A stretch of 59,127 nt of DNA from Clostridia bacterium (GCA_045644565.1 JAZRHF010000147.1:1-59127), one strand, 5' to 3'; shown: positions 9,337 to 17,800, numbered from the stretch's first letter. Made by a program: numbers and translations. The notes: generated by a model not told the origin, from the letters alone.

Positions 9337-9858
9337 AAAAATCAATCCTTTCAAAGACACAATCCGGATAAATCAAGTATTCGATAATATTAAATTTGTG
9401 TCCTACGAAAACAATTTTATTTACATTTCCCGTAAATTATAACTAAATTGTTACAAAAAGTCAAGCTTTTTTATTTAAAAATGGTTGTTTTTATTTTACA
9501 TTCGCACTTTTTATACTATATATAGTATATTACCCTCTAAAAATAATTACAATTTCTTAATAATTTCATTTAATTTCAGCCTGTTTTTAATCTGTTTTTT
9601 TAGGTGGTTTTTATGGTTTATATATGTATTTTCACTCTCTTTCCCTTTTATCCCCAAAGTTTACAAATGGCTTTTTACCGCCAATTTGCAAAAACTTCCC
9701 CGTCCATATCATCAAAAATCATCCAAAAAAACAATCTAATTTTTCTCTCTGTATTTTTAGATAATTTTTTACTTTTTAAGAGGACATATTTTACATTTAT
9801 TACAATAATATATAATATATCCATTTCATGAAACGCCATACAGAAAGGAGGATTCATC

Positions 9859-10914
9859 ATGAAAAAACTTTATATCGGAACCCTTGCCACAGCCATATCT
9901 TCCCTCCTGTTGTCGGCACAAATTTCCGTTATGCCGCTTTCTGCCGATATGACAGATTCACTGTTGGCTTTGTATCTGCCCCATGTTTCAGGCGGAGTAA
10001 GCATAACAAATCCAAAGGCGAAAGATTTGGCAAAGTTATGTATAAAAACCACTCTCCCCGTTTTGCCCTCAGAGGATAACCGGGAAGTAAATAAGCCTTC
10101 TTTATCGGTATTAAAGGAAAATCCCTCCGTTTTAAGCCTGCCGGATGATCTCCAAAAGATTCCCGATTACATCGAAGAAACCCAAATCACAAAAGGCGGG
10201 ACGAGCCTTTTCGGAATAGAAATAAATAACGAAACCGACTATAAATTACAAGACGCCTTAAAAGAAGTGTCGTTAAAGGATTCTCCCACCATTTTGATAA
10301 TCCACACCCATACATCGGAGTCCTATCGTCCTTCAAGCCTTTTTTCCTATTCGGAAACAGATAACTCAAGAACCGAGGATACTAATTTCAATGTAGCAAG
10401 AGTAGGGGCAGAACTTGCCTCCTGCCTCACAGGCTACGGCATAAATGTAATCCATGATTCAAGCATTAACGACTACCCATCATATAATGGCTCATATAAA
10501 AAAGCCCTCGGACTTATCCAAGAGCATTTAAGTAAAAATCCTTCTATTGATATGGTAATTGACTTGCACAGAGATGCCATGGAACGTGCCGACGGAACAG
10601 TTGTAAGCACTGTTTCATCCGTAAACGGTGAAAAAGCCGCCCAGGTCATGCTTGTGGTAGGCACAGACCAAGGCGGACTGACTCATCAGAACTGGAGAGA
10701 TAATTTTTCCTTTGCCTTATCTCTTCAAAAAGCTATTAACGAAAGCTTCCCAAACCTTGCACGACCTGTAAACGTGAGAAAAGAACGCTTCAACGGTCAT
10801 GTTTCAAAAAAAGAGCTTATCATAGAAGTGGGCACAACGGGAAATACTCTGGAGGAGGCACTGGTAAGTGCCAGAGCCCTGGCATTTGCCATAAACGAGC
10901 TTTATAAAGGATAG
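9859..10914 (+). CDS. spoIIP: Stage II sporulation protein P
   Basis: Signal anchor, the hallmark ILIIHTHTSESY motif, and a C-terminal amidase-like region (DLHRD...VGT). RBS GAAAGGAGG precedes the ATG. Confidence 0.8.
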   Translation: MKKLYIGTLATAISSLLLSAQISVMPLSADMTDSLLALYLPHVSGGVSITNPKAKDLAKLCIKTTLPVLPSEDNREVNKPSLSVLKENPSVLSLPDDLQKIPDYIEETQITKGGTSLFGIEINNETDYKLQDALKEVSLKDSPTILIIHTHTSESYRPSSLFSYSETDNSRTEDTNFNVARVGAELASCLTGYGINVIHDSSINDYPSYNGSYKKALGLIQEHLSKNPSIDMVIDLHRDAMERADGTVVSTVSSVNGEKAAQVMLVVGTDQGGLTHQNWRDNFSFALSLQKAINESFPNLARPVNVRKERFNGHVSKKELIIEVGTTGNTLEEALVSARALAFAINELYKG

Positions 10915-11522
10915 CAAATTATAAATACAACAGACCCTAAAAAGCTGACTCTGTTATCCGACATGTTATATTCTTCAATTTTAGGAAAAGTAGATTCCTC
11001 TTTAATGGTAACCTTGTCCCCATCAAAGAAAACTCTTCTTATCTTGGTTGCTCCCCCGTCAACACTTACCGCCGCAAGTCCGCCGGACTCCGGCATAAGG
11101 GAAGGATTTATCAAAATTTTATCTCCTGCACCTATTTTTGCATAAATCATAGAGTTATCTTTTGCAATTACAAAATAGCAAAGCTCCATATCCTGCCTGG
11201 AATAGTTCCCTGTAATATGGCCTATTGCTTCAAAACCTCTTATATCTTCCTTGCTGGTAACTTTCCCGGGGAAATCCGAAAGTATGGGGATTTTCGTAAT
11301 CGGCTCGGAAAGAACCTTTGCATCGCTTTTTCCCGTGATATAGTCCACGGATACAGAAAGTGCAGCGGCAATCCTTTTAAGCGATTCCGAATCGGGAAGG
11401 CTGTAGTCCGTTATGTAACGCTCCAGAGACATCTTGCCGATAGCAGCCTTTTCGCAAAGTTCTTCCTTTGACATGCCTCTTGCAATCATCATATAAAATA
11501 TTTTTTCACCCGGTGTAGACAT
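10902..11522 (-). CDS. cI/LexA-like repressor (XRE HTH + S24 peptidase domain)
   Basis: HTH segment MSKEELCEKAAIGKMSLERYI. The S24 part has DNSM (a GDSM-type Ser motif) and a downstream Lys in GATKIRRV. Preferred start is MSTPGEK at 11522 with AGGAGAG 8 nt upstream. It overlaps the convergent spoIIP end by 13 nt. Confidence 0.7.
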   Translation of the reverse strand: MSTPGEKIFYMMIARGMSKEELCEKAAIGKMSLERYITDYSLPDSESLKRIAAALSVSVDYITGKSDAKVLSEPITKIPILSDFPGKVTSKEDIRGFEAIGHITGNYSRQDMELCYFVIAKDNSMIYAKIGAGDKILINPSLMPESGGLAAVSVDGGATKIRRVFFDGDKVTIKEESTFPKIEEYNMSDNRVSFLGSVVFIICYPL

Positions 11523-11537
11523 AGCTTTATCTCTCCT
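11484..11537 (-). repeat. Copy A of a 54-nt direct repeat (RBS plus first 13 codons of the repressor gene)
   Basis: aatcatcatataaaatattttttcacccggtgtagacatagctttatctctcct. By eye it matches 12246-12298 with 5 mismatches and 1 indel. Confidence 0.8.
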
Positions 11538-11568
11538 TACTATTAATAAAAGCAATCACTTTCCCATC

Positions 11569-11823
11569 TCAAAACATTCGTGTCAATATATTCTGATAGT
11601 CCTTCTCTCCGCGAATTATATGGTCATTATACGAAGCTTGCCATATATTTTCACCATATTCAGACATAATCAACTGCGGCGCATCGTAAACGCTGCACCC
11701 TACAATCTTACCCAACTTATGTGCCTTCGCTTTCACACACACTGTAAGAAAGTACAATCCCTGAGTTGAATAGTCATACTCTTTCAGCCGTGTTGGTTTT
11801 CTATACGGAAGCTTCATATTCAA
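11569..11823 (-). pseudogene. Internally deleted Y1 (IS200/RayT-like) transposase-family remnant
   Basis: The N-terminus KPTRLKEYDYSTQGLYFLTVCVKAKAHKLGKIV and the C-terminal WQASYNDHIIRGEKDYQNI resemble the ~170-180-aa transposase-like family. The central segment carrying the HUH motif is missing, leaving only 84 aa. It overlaps the upstream XRE gene by 4 nt. Confidence 0.5.
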
Positions 11824-12053
11824 TCCTCAAAATACAATAACTTATATGGAGGAATTTCAAGAGCCTTTGCAATTTTGAATAAAGTATCAAGGGAAATAGC
11901 TTTATAGATGTTAGGTGCTTCGATTTGCCCTATGAATGATACTCCACAATCTAAAATTTCCGCAAGCTGTTCCTGCGTCAAAGATTTCAGCTTTCTGTAA
12001 TAAGAGATTTTAAGCCCGATTTTTATATAATTATCCTTAAATTCTATATTCAT
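11820..12053 (-). CDS. XRE-family HTH transcriptional regulator (77 aa)
   Basis: LKSLTQEQLAEILDCGVSFIGQIE is a helix-turn-helix of the Cro/C1 type. Confidence 0.7.
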   Translation of the reverse strand: MNIEFKDNYIKIGLKISYYRKLKSLTQEQLAEILDCGVSFIGQIEAPNIYKAISLDTLFKIAKALEIPPYKLLYFED

Positions 12054-12245
12054 TTATATCACCCGATATAATTTTATTATATCGATTATCAAATATAAAT
12101 ATCACCAACTTCATATAATTATTACCATATAGATAACAATAGATGTTTCTCTGTAAACAATATATCTCAAGTTATGAGGGCAATATAAAAATCCCTCTAT
12201 GATATTTTAATTATACATAGAGGGCTCTCTTTCATTTTCTTTTTT

Positions 12246-12298
12246 AATCATCATATAAAATATTTTTCGCCCGGTGTTGACACAGCTTCATCTCTCCT
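12246..12298 (-). pseudogene. Ghost 5' end of a repressor gene (copy B of the 54-nt repeat)
   Basis: The minus strand reads aggagagatgaagctGTGtcaacaccgggcgaaaaatattttatatgatga. This keeps the copy-A RBS, but ATG has become GTG and one A is lost, giving VSTPGEKYFI-stop. Confidence 0.65.
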
Positions 12299-12305
12299 GT
12301 ATTAT
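12277..12305 (+). promoter_or_regulatory. Sigma-A-type promoter for the plus-strand XRE gene
   Basis: TTGACA (12277-12282), a 17-nt spacer, then TATTAT (12300-12305), about 65 nt upstream of the ATG at 12371. It is embedded in repeat copy B. Confidence 0.5.
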
Positions 12306-12370
12306 ATCAGTATAATCTGCCTTATTATAATAGAAAATTTTTAAGGATTTGTCAAGAAAGGAAGCTTTGC

Positions 12371-12592
12371 ATGAAACTCAGAATAAGAGACTTAAGAGAA
12401 GATCACGATTTAAGCCAGAAGAAGGTTGCTGAAATCCTTCACATTCATCAGACCACATATTCCGACTATGAGCTCGGAAAGCTTAACATTCCTCTCCCCG
12501 TCCTTTCTGCCTTGGCAGACCTTTATGAGACAAGCATAGACTATATAGTCGGCAGGACAGATCGCAACACACCCTATCCCAAATCGAAATAA
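12371..12592 (+). CDS. XRE-family HTH transcriptional regulator (Cro-like, 73 aa)
   Basis: LSQKKVAEILHIHQTTYSDYELGK HTH motif, with RBS GAAAGGAAG upstream. Confidence 0.75.
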   Translation: MKLRIRDLREDHDLSQKKVAEILHIHQTTYSDYELGKLNIPLPVLSALADLYETSIDYIVGRTDRNTPYPKSK

Positions 12593-12596
12593 TAAA

Positions 12597-12629
12597 GCGG
12601 CGGTACTCTCCGAGAGTACCGCCCTTTTC
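12597..12629. terminator. Bidirectional intrinsic terminator
   Basis: Perfect inverted repeat ggcggtactctc / gagagtaccgcc (12599-12623), flanked by an A-rich 5' side and a T-rich 3' side, between convergent genes. Confidence 0.7.
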
Positions 12630-14147
12630 TTATTTAGTTATTACGTTTATAATTCCGTCTTCAAAAGTAACTTTTGCACCTGTTCCGAAAAGAAGATTGA
12701 AAATATCTTCTCCCACGAAAGTCAAATCGTTTACAATTACGGGAACAACGCTTGCCGCTCTTGTCATTTTAAGAGGCTCACCGATTTTTACTGTATGTGC
12801 AGCCTCACCCTTTGTAAGAAGAACGCCTCGCTCTTCACCGTTCCAGGAAACCTCATAACCAAGACCTTCTGCCACAGCTCTTAAGGGAAGCTTTGCCTCT
12901 CCTTCTCCGAAATTAAAGGAAATTTCAAATTCTTCTCCGTCAACCATAATTGCAGAAACATCTGTCTTAACAGGTTCTAAATTAAGTACCGCAATTTTTT
13001 CTGCAGGAACATGGGCAGGTAAGCTCATACCAACAGCTGTTGCAAATACAACGATTTCAGATCCTTCGGTAATGTCGCCTGCTTTAAGCATCATTCTGAT
13101 TCTGTGAGCAATAACGGGAGTTTCATCGGTGTAAACGATACGATTCATTCCGTCATTTGACATGATTACTCCGTCATTATTTTCTCCAACCACTGCATAG
13201 ATGGGTGCAGACATGGAGTTTTCTGTGTTTACGAAAATGTAGTGAGCAGCCATCTGGGGAGGAAGGCTCATTGTTGCCGCAGTTCCTGCGATAACAGTTA
13301 CCATATCTCCAACCTTTAACTCTGCGGGATTTAAGTTATAGTCGCATACATAGGTTTCTTCCGCCATGTTAAACTGTTCGTTTCCGTCGTTAATCTGAAT
13401 ATAGCCTTCTCCGATTTCGGAAATAATACCGCTTACTGACATTTTTTCGGGCATAGCTTCAATTTCTGCCGCAGGCTCATTTGCCTCAGCAAGTGTAAGA
13501 ACTGCAATTTTTTCTGCAGGAACGTGAGCAGGCTCACTCATACCCACAGTTGTTGCAAATGCAAGGATTTCAGATCCAACCGTAATATCAGCACCTCTTA
13601 ATATCATTCTGATTCTGTGAGCGATAACAGGTGTTTCATCGGTATATACGATGCTATAAGCTCCGTCCTTTGACATAATTTCGCCTTCGGTATTTGTGTC
13701 AACCACCGCATAGATGGGTGCAGACATGGAATTTTCGGTATTCACGAAAATGTTGTATGCCGCAACCTGGGGAGGAAGGCTTCTTGTCATCATTGTTGAT
13801 GCAAGAACGCTTACCATATCGCCCTTTTTAACTTCAACCGGGTTTAAGTTATAGTCAGAAATGTAGGTTTCAGGAGCAAGATTTATTCTGAGTGCACCGT
13901 CATTTAAGAGTATGTATTCTTCATTAACTTCAGAAACTATTCCGTGGTGCATTTCCTTTAAGGGCATTTCCGCAACTTCTTCATCTTCTTCAATGGGCAT
14001 CTGAGCATAGGGGTCTTCCACATCCTCTATAAGCATTGTGTCATAGTTAGCTCCAACTTCTTCAGTTGCTGCCACTTCATTTGCGCTTACGGAAAATATT
14101 GATAAAACCATAAGCATAGCCATTACGGCACTAAGTAATTTTTTCAT
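12630..14147 (-). CDS. Secreted protein with two tandem ~171-aa repeats of an unknown domain and a C-terminal copper-amine-oxidase-N-terminal-like ('stalk') domain
   Basis: Signal peptide MKKLLSAVMAMLMVLSIFSVSA, the internal repeat, and a C-terminus LPLRAVAEGLGYEVSWNGEERGVLLTKG typical of the CuAO N-terminal-like domain. Confidence 0.65.
   Translation of the reverse strand: MKKLLSAVMAMLMVLSIFSVSANEVAATEEVGANYDTMLIEDVEDPYAQMPIEEDEEVAEMPLKEMHHGIVSEVNEEYILLNDGALRINLAPETYISDYNLNPVEVKKGDMVSVLASTMMTRSLPPQVAAYNIFVNTENSMSAPIYAVVDTNTEGEIMSKDGAYSIVYTDETPVIAHRIRMILRGADITVGSEILAFATTVGMSEPAHVPAEKIAVLTLAEANEPAAEIEAMPEKMSVSGIISEIGEGYIQINDGNEQFNMAEETYVCDYNLNPAELKVGDMVTVIAGTAATMSLPPQMAAHYIFVNTENSMSAPIYAVVGENNDGVIMSNDGMNRIVYTDETPVIAHRIRMMLKAGDITEGSEIVVFATAVGMSLPAHVPAEKIAVLNLEPVKTDVSAIMVDGEEFEISFNFGEGEAKLPLRAVAEGLGYEVSWNGEERGVLLTKGEAAHTVKIGEPLKMTRAASVVPVIVNDLTFVGEDIFNLLFGTGAKVTFEDGIINVITK
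12985..13953 (-). repeat. Intragenic tandem duplication, period 513 bp (2 copies)
   Basis: gcaattttttctgcaggaac occurs at 12991 and 13504, and long collinear similarity follows (e.g. catcattctgattctgtgagc, gcatagatgggtgcagacatgga). The protein copies share PIYAVV, IVYTDETPVIAHRIRM and AHVPAEKIAVL. Confidence 0.8.
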
Positions 14148-14316
14148 GTATGTATTCTCCTTTATATGATTTTGGGCTTTTGCCCTTTCTGATAATAATA
14201 CAATCCTGAAATCAAAAAGGTTGCAAAAAGTTAAAAAATTTTTTTACTTCCTTTATATATAATAGCACTTGAAAGGATATTTTTCAACCCTATGCATAAT
14301 TTTTCCCCTTTCCCCC

Positions 14317-14345
14317 TTGACAGACAGGCTGTTTGTGACTATAAT
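14317..14345 (+). promoter_or_regulatory. Consensus sigma-A promoter for argF
   Basis: TTGACA (14317-14322), a 17-nt spacer, then TATAAT (14340-14345). Confidence 0.6.
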
Positions 14346-14366
14346 ATACAAATATACAGGTTTATT

Positions 14367-14380
14367 TGCATATTTATGCA
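14367..14380. promoter_or_regulatory. Candidate ArgR operator (ARG-box-like palindrome)
   Basis: TGCATA-TT-TATGCA lies between the -10 element and the argF RBS. A related half-site ATGCATAAT is at 14292-14300. Confidence 0.3.
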
Positions 14381-14396
14381 GAAAGGAAGAATAATA

Positions 14397-15389
14397 ATGA
14401 ATAATATTAACTTAAAAGGAAAAAGCTTCTTAAAGCTTCTTGATTTTTCAAAGGAAGAAATTTCTTACCTTATAGATTTGGCGGCAGACTTTAAGGCAAA
14501 AAAGAAGGCAGGCATCCCTCACAAAATTTGCGAAGGCAAGAATATCGCCCTTGTTTTTGAGAAAACCAGTACAAGAACCCGCTGTGCATTTGAGGTTGCC
14601 GCAAGTGATCTCGGCATGGCTTCAACCTATCTGGATCCCAAGAGCTCACAGATTGGCAAAAAAGAAAGTTTAGCAGATACCGCAAGGGTACTCGGCAGAA
14701 TGTTTGACGGAATAGAATACCGTGGCTTTGGTCAGGAAATCGTTGAGGACCTTTCCAAGTATGCAGGTGTTCCCGTATGGAACGGCCTTACAAACGAATT
14801 TCATCCCACACAGATTCTGGCAGACTTTTTAACAATTAAGGAGCATTTCGGTTCTCTGTCAGACAAAAAGCTGGTTTATATGGGTGATGCAAGATACAAC
14901 ATGGGTAACTCCTTAATGGTTGGTTGTGCAATAATGGGTATGCATTTTGTTGCCTGCACAAACAAAAAATACTTCCCCGATTCATCATTAATTGAAACCT
15001 GTAAGAAAATAGCTGAAAAATCCGGTGCAGTTCTGGAATTCATTGAGGATCCCATCCTTGCAACAAAAAATGCAGATGTAATATATACCGATGTCTGGGT
15101 TTCCATGGGTGAACCTGCCGAGGTTTGGAAAGAAAGAATAGAAGACCTTTCTCCCTACAGTGTAACAAAAGAAATTATGGACAATGCCGGAAGTCAGTGT
15201 CGTTTCATGCATTGCCTCCCCGCTTTCCACGACTTAAACACCGAAATCGGCAAGGAAATTTACGAAAAGTTCGGACTCACCTCTATGGAAGTAACAGATG
15301 AGGTATTTGAAAGCGAAGCTTCCATCGTATTTGACGAAGCTGAAAACAGAATGCATACCATAAAGGCTGTTATGGCTGCAACATTATAA
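14397..15389 (+). CDS. argF: Ornithine carbamoyltransferase
   Basis: STRTR, HPTQ and HCLP motifs. Start is [11 protein letters not shown] at 14397 with GAAAGGAAG upstream. The ORF-track extension from 14292 covers the promoter. Confidence 0.9.
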   Translation: MNNINLKGKSFLKLLDFSKEEISYLIDLAADFKAKKKAGIPHKICEGKNIALVFEKTSTRTRCAFEVAASDLGMASTYLDPKSSQIGKKESLADTARVLGRMFDGIEYRGFGQEIVEDLSKYAGVPVWNGLTNEFHPTQILADFLTIKEHFGSLSDKKLVYMGDARYNMGNSLMVGCAIMGMHFVACTNKKYFPDSSLIETCKKIAEKSGAVLEFIEDPILATKNADVIYTDVWVSMGEPAEVWKERIEDLSPYSVTKEIMDNAGSQCRFMHCLPAFHDLNTEIGKEIYEKFGLTSMEVTDEVFESEASIVFDEAENRMHTIKAVMAATL

Positions 15390-15396
15390 AATAGAA

Positions 15397-15424
15397 AATG
15401 ACCGCGGTGCGGTCATTTTTTATT
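15397..15424 (+). terminator. Intrinsic terminator after argF
   Basis: aatgaccgc-ggt-gcggtcatt followed by TTTTTA. Confidence 0.7.
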
Positions 15425-15499
15425 TACATATATTTTACACAAACTTGCTTGACTGTTCATCTTTTTTATATTAATATAATTATATAAGGAGGAGATAAA

Positions 15500-16195
15500 A
15501 TGCAAAACACAAGCCCTCTCGAAACAGTACAGGAAGCACTTTTAACATTTTTCAGCAAAACTCCCTCTGCGGAAAAATTCCGTGAGTACATGAGGGGATA
15601 TAACAAGCTCATGGCATATTATAAGTGTGCCATGATGGAAATGGAAACAAAGCTCAACGTTTTGAACGAGCAGTTTTCTCTCCAATATGACAGAAACCCA
15701 ATAAATTCAATAAAAACCAGACTTAAAAGCCCGGAAAGTATAAGAAATAAACTAAACGGGAGAAATTTACCCCTTTCTCTTGCTTCCATTGAAGAAAACT
15801 TGCATGATGTGGCGGGATTAAGAGTTGTATGCACCTTCCCCGAAGATGTTTACACCATCAAAAAAGCTCTTTTGTCCCAAGATGATATTACACTTCTTGA
15901 AGAAAAGGACTATATCAAAAATCCCAAGCCCAACGGATACAGAAGCCTTCACCTTATAGTGTCGGTTCCCATTTTCCTGCTTCACGAAAAACGCTATATG
16001 AAAGTGGAAATTCAGCTGAGGACCATAGCCATGGACTCTTGGGCTTCATTGGAACATCAGCTCAAATATAAAAAGGATGTTATTTTCACGGAAGAAATGT
16101 CTCAAAATCTGCTTCTCTGCGCTCAGATGAGTGCCGAGCTTGATGCAAGAATGGACTTTTTAAGAAACTGTGTAGGTGAAAAAGAAGATATATAA
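15500..16195 (+). CDS. Small alarmone synthetase (RelQ/RelP-type GTP pyrophosphokinase)
   Basis: RelA/SpoT synthetase-domain motifs: GLRVVCTF, NGYRSLHLIV and EIQLRTIAMDSWASLEH..YK. There is no hydrolase or regulatory domain (231 aa). Confidence 0.8.
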   Translation: MQNTSPLETVQEALLTFFSKTPSAEKFREYMRGYNKLMAYYKCAMMEMETKLNVLNEQFSLQYDRNPINSIKTRLKSPESIRNKLNGRNLPLSLASIEENLHDVAGLRVVCTFPEDVYTIKKALLSQDDITLLEEKDYIKNPKPNGYRSLHLIVSVPIFLLHEKRYMKVEIQLRTIAMDSWASLEHQLKYKKDVIFTEEMSQNLLLCAQMSAELDARMDFLRNCVGEKEDI

Positions 16196-16196
16196 C

Positions 16197-16238
16197 AAAA
16201 AGGTTCCCTGCGGTAACGCCGCAGAGAACCTTTTTTTA
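16197..16238. terminator. Bidirectional intrinsic terminator
   Basis: aggttccctgcgg-taacg-ccgcagagaacct with flanking A and T runs, between convergent genes. Confidence 0.65.
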
Positions 16239-16862
16239 GTTAATCGGTTCAAAATCCGATGCACCGTGTTTGCAAAGAGGGCATACGAAATCTTCGGGAA
16301 GCTCTTCCCCTTCGTAAACATAGCCGCAGATTTTACATACAAAGCCCTTTTTCTTATTTGTTTCGGGCTTGGGCTTTACGTTTTTATGATAGTAGGCATA
16401 GGTCATGGAAGGCTCCTCGGAAATAACGTGTGCCTCGGTTACAGAGCAGATGAAAAGCCCGTGAGAGCCCAAATCCTGATAAGATTCCACAGAGAGGGAA
16501 ATAACGGCGTTTATGTGGTCTCTTAAGCACATAAGCCCGTTTTTAGTTCTCCATGCGAAAATATCAGAAAACTTATCAGAATCCCTTCCGCTTTTAAATC
16601 CGAAATTCTGAAAAAGAGAAAAGGGTGCACTTTCTGTAAGACAGCAAACATTCATTATGCCTTTTTCTTTTATTATATCGTGAGAATAATTTTTCTTATT
16701 TACGGAAACCGCAATCCTCAAAGGGTTATCCGCAATCTGAACAACTGTATTTACAATAAGTCCGTTGTCCCTGTTTCCGTCATTTGCGGTAACAACATAA
16801 AGACCGTATCCAATCTTAAACAGAGATGTTTTGTCGATAGGCTCTATCATATCCATACTCAT
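16236..16862 (-). CDS. Flavin reductase domain fused to a C-terminal rubredoxin
   Basis: N-terminal flavin-reductase-like region (YGLYVVTA...GLIVNTV) and a C-terminal rubredoxin CKICGYVYEG...FVCPLCKHG with two CxxC motifs. Confidence 0.75.
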   Translation of the reverse strand: MSMDMIEPIDKTSLFKIGYGLYVVTANDGNRDNGLIVNTVVQIADNPLRIAVSVNKKNYSHDIIKEKGIMNVCCLTESAPFSLFQNFGFKSGRDSDKFSDIFAWRTKNGLMCLRDHINAVISLSVESYQDLGSHGLFICSVTEAHVISEEPSMTYAYYHKNVKPKPETNKKKGFVCKICGYVYEGEELPEDFVCPLCKHGASDFEPIN

Positions 16863-17656
16863 TATCCTTTCGTGAGTTCATCTGTTATAACTCTGATATT
16901 TTCATATATAAATTCAGGCTTGGTTTCGCTTTCTTCTACATCCTTAAGAGTTCCCTCACCGCTTAAAACAAATACGGTGGAAATTCCCGCCGCAACACCG
17001 CAGGCAATGTCTGTGTAAAGTCTGTCTCCGAAAAGTGCTGTTTCCTCTTTGGAATATCCTGTTTTTTCCATTGCAAGATTTGCCATTGTAGGCTCAGGCT
17101 TACCTATAAACATAGGCTTTCTGCCCGTTGCTTTTTCAAGCATCCAGCTAACCGATCCGCAGTCGGGAACATAGCCATACCAGGTGGGGCAAACCCAGTC
17201 GGGATTTGTGGCAATATAGTCAACACCCCTGCCGAGTAATATACATGCATCTTCAAGCTTTTGGAAGGCAAGTTCCGTGTCAAATCCCATTAAAAGGCAG
17301 TCAATATCATCCTCTAATTTATCGGTTATGGGAAGATTTGCTGCTCGAAGCTGCTCCTTAAAGGAAGTTGTTCCGAAAGCGTAAATCTTTTTATAGGTTT
17401 TCTTTTTAAGATATAAAATCGTGGCATCTGTGGATGTCAAAAAGTCATCCTCCACAGCCTTTATGCCAAGGCTTCCAAGCTTCTCTATATATTTATCCAC
17501 ACTTTTGGAAGAATTATTCGTCAAAAAGATATATCTTCCGCCGATTTTTTTAACATAGTCAAGAAAATCAAGTGTTCCGTCGAAAAGATTGTTATCAAGA
17601 TAAATTGTTCCGTCCATATCAAGAAGGAAAAGTTTTTTATTTTTAAGACTGCTCAT
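16862..17656 (-). CDS. HAD-IIA family phosphatase (NagD-like)
   Basis: LLDMDGTIY motif I, LTNNSS motif II and GDRLYTDI motif IV. Its stop overlaps the downstream start as TAATG. Confidence 0.75.
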   Translation of the reverse strand: MSSLKNKKLFLLDMDGTIYLDNNLFDGTLDFLDYVKKIGGRYIFLTNNSSKSVDKYIEKLGSLGIKAVEDDFLTSTDATILYLKKKTYKKIYAFGTTSFKEQLRAANLPITDKLEDDIDCLLMGFDTELAFQKLEDACILLGRGVDYIATNPDWVCPTWYGYVPDCGSVSWMLEKATGRKPMFIGKPEPTMANLAMEKTGYSKEETALFGDRLYTDIACGVAAGISTVFVLSGEGTLKDVEESETKPEFIYENIRVITDELTKG

Positions 17657-17773
17657 AAAAATTACCTCTCGTCGTTTTTATATAATAATACCCCATAAAC
17701 AGACTTTAGTCAATATCTTAAATGTAATTCCCAAAACTAAATAAATATTTTCAATACGGATAACCGGGCATAC

Positions 17774-17800
17774 AAAAAACCCACAACCAACGGTTGTGGG
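17774..17800 (-). terminator. Intrinsic terminator after rpsI
   Basis: cccacaacc-aac-ggttgtggg, followed on the minus strand by TTTTTT. Confidence 0.7.

Noticed and set aside
9836-9843. CATACAGA upstream of spoIIP, resembling a SigE -10 element (CATACA-T).
   Set aside because: It abuts the RBS (AAGGAGG at 9843-9849). A transcript starting about 7 nt downstream would lack the RBS, so the geometry does not work. The real promoter is probably further upstream.
9485-9860. Several 60-85-aa ORFs on both strands in the long AT-rich spacer.
   Set aside because: They have low-complexity Phe/Ile/Leu/Lys composition from AT-rich DNA, no Shine-Dalgarno sequences and mutually overlapping frames. I treat the region as non-coding.
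10902-14147. A possible prophage or integrative element, suggested by three XRE regulators, an S24 repressor and a transposase-like fragment.
   Set aside because: There is no integrase, recombinase, replication, structural or lysis gene. Flanking genes are ordinary chromosomal genes (spoIIP, argF). At most this is a remnant, and it is reported as such.
14292-14396. N-terminal extensions of ORF-track entries, for example argF from 14292. The same applies to 18742, 22133, 22887, 24646, 26241, 44410, 46850, 50948, 53403 and 56330.
   Set aside because: The extensions cover promoters or overlap neighbouring genes and lack RBSs. Internal ATG, TTG or GTG codons with good Shine-Dalgarno spacing match the N-termini of homologues, so the shorter coordinates were used.
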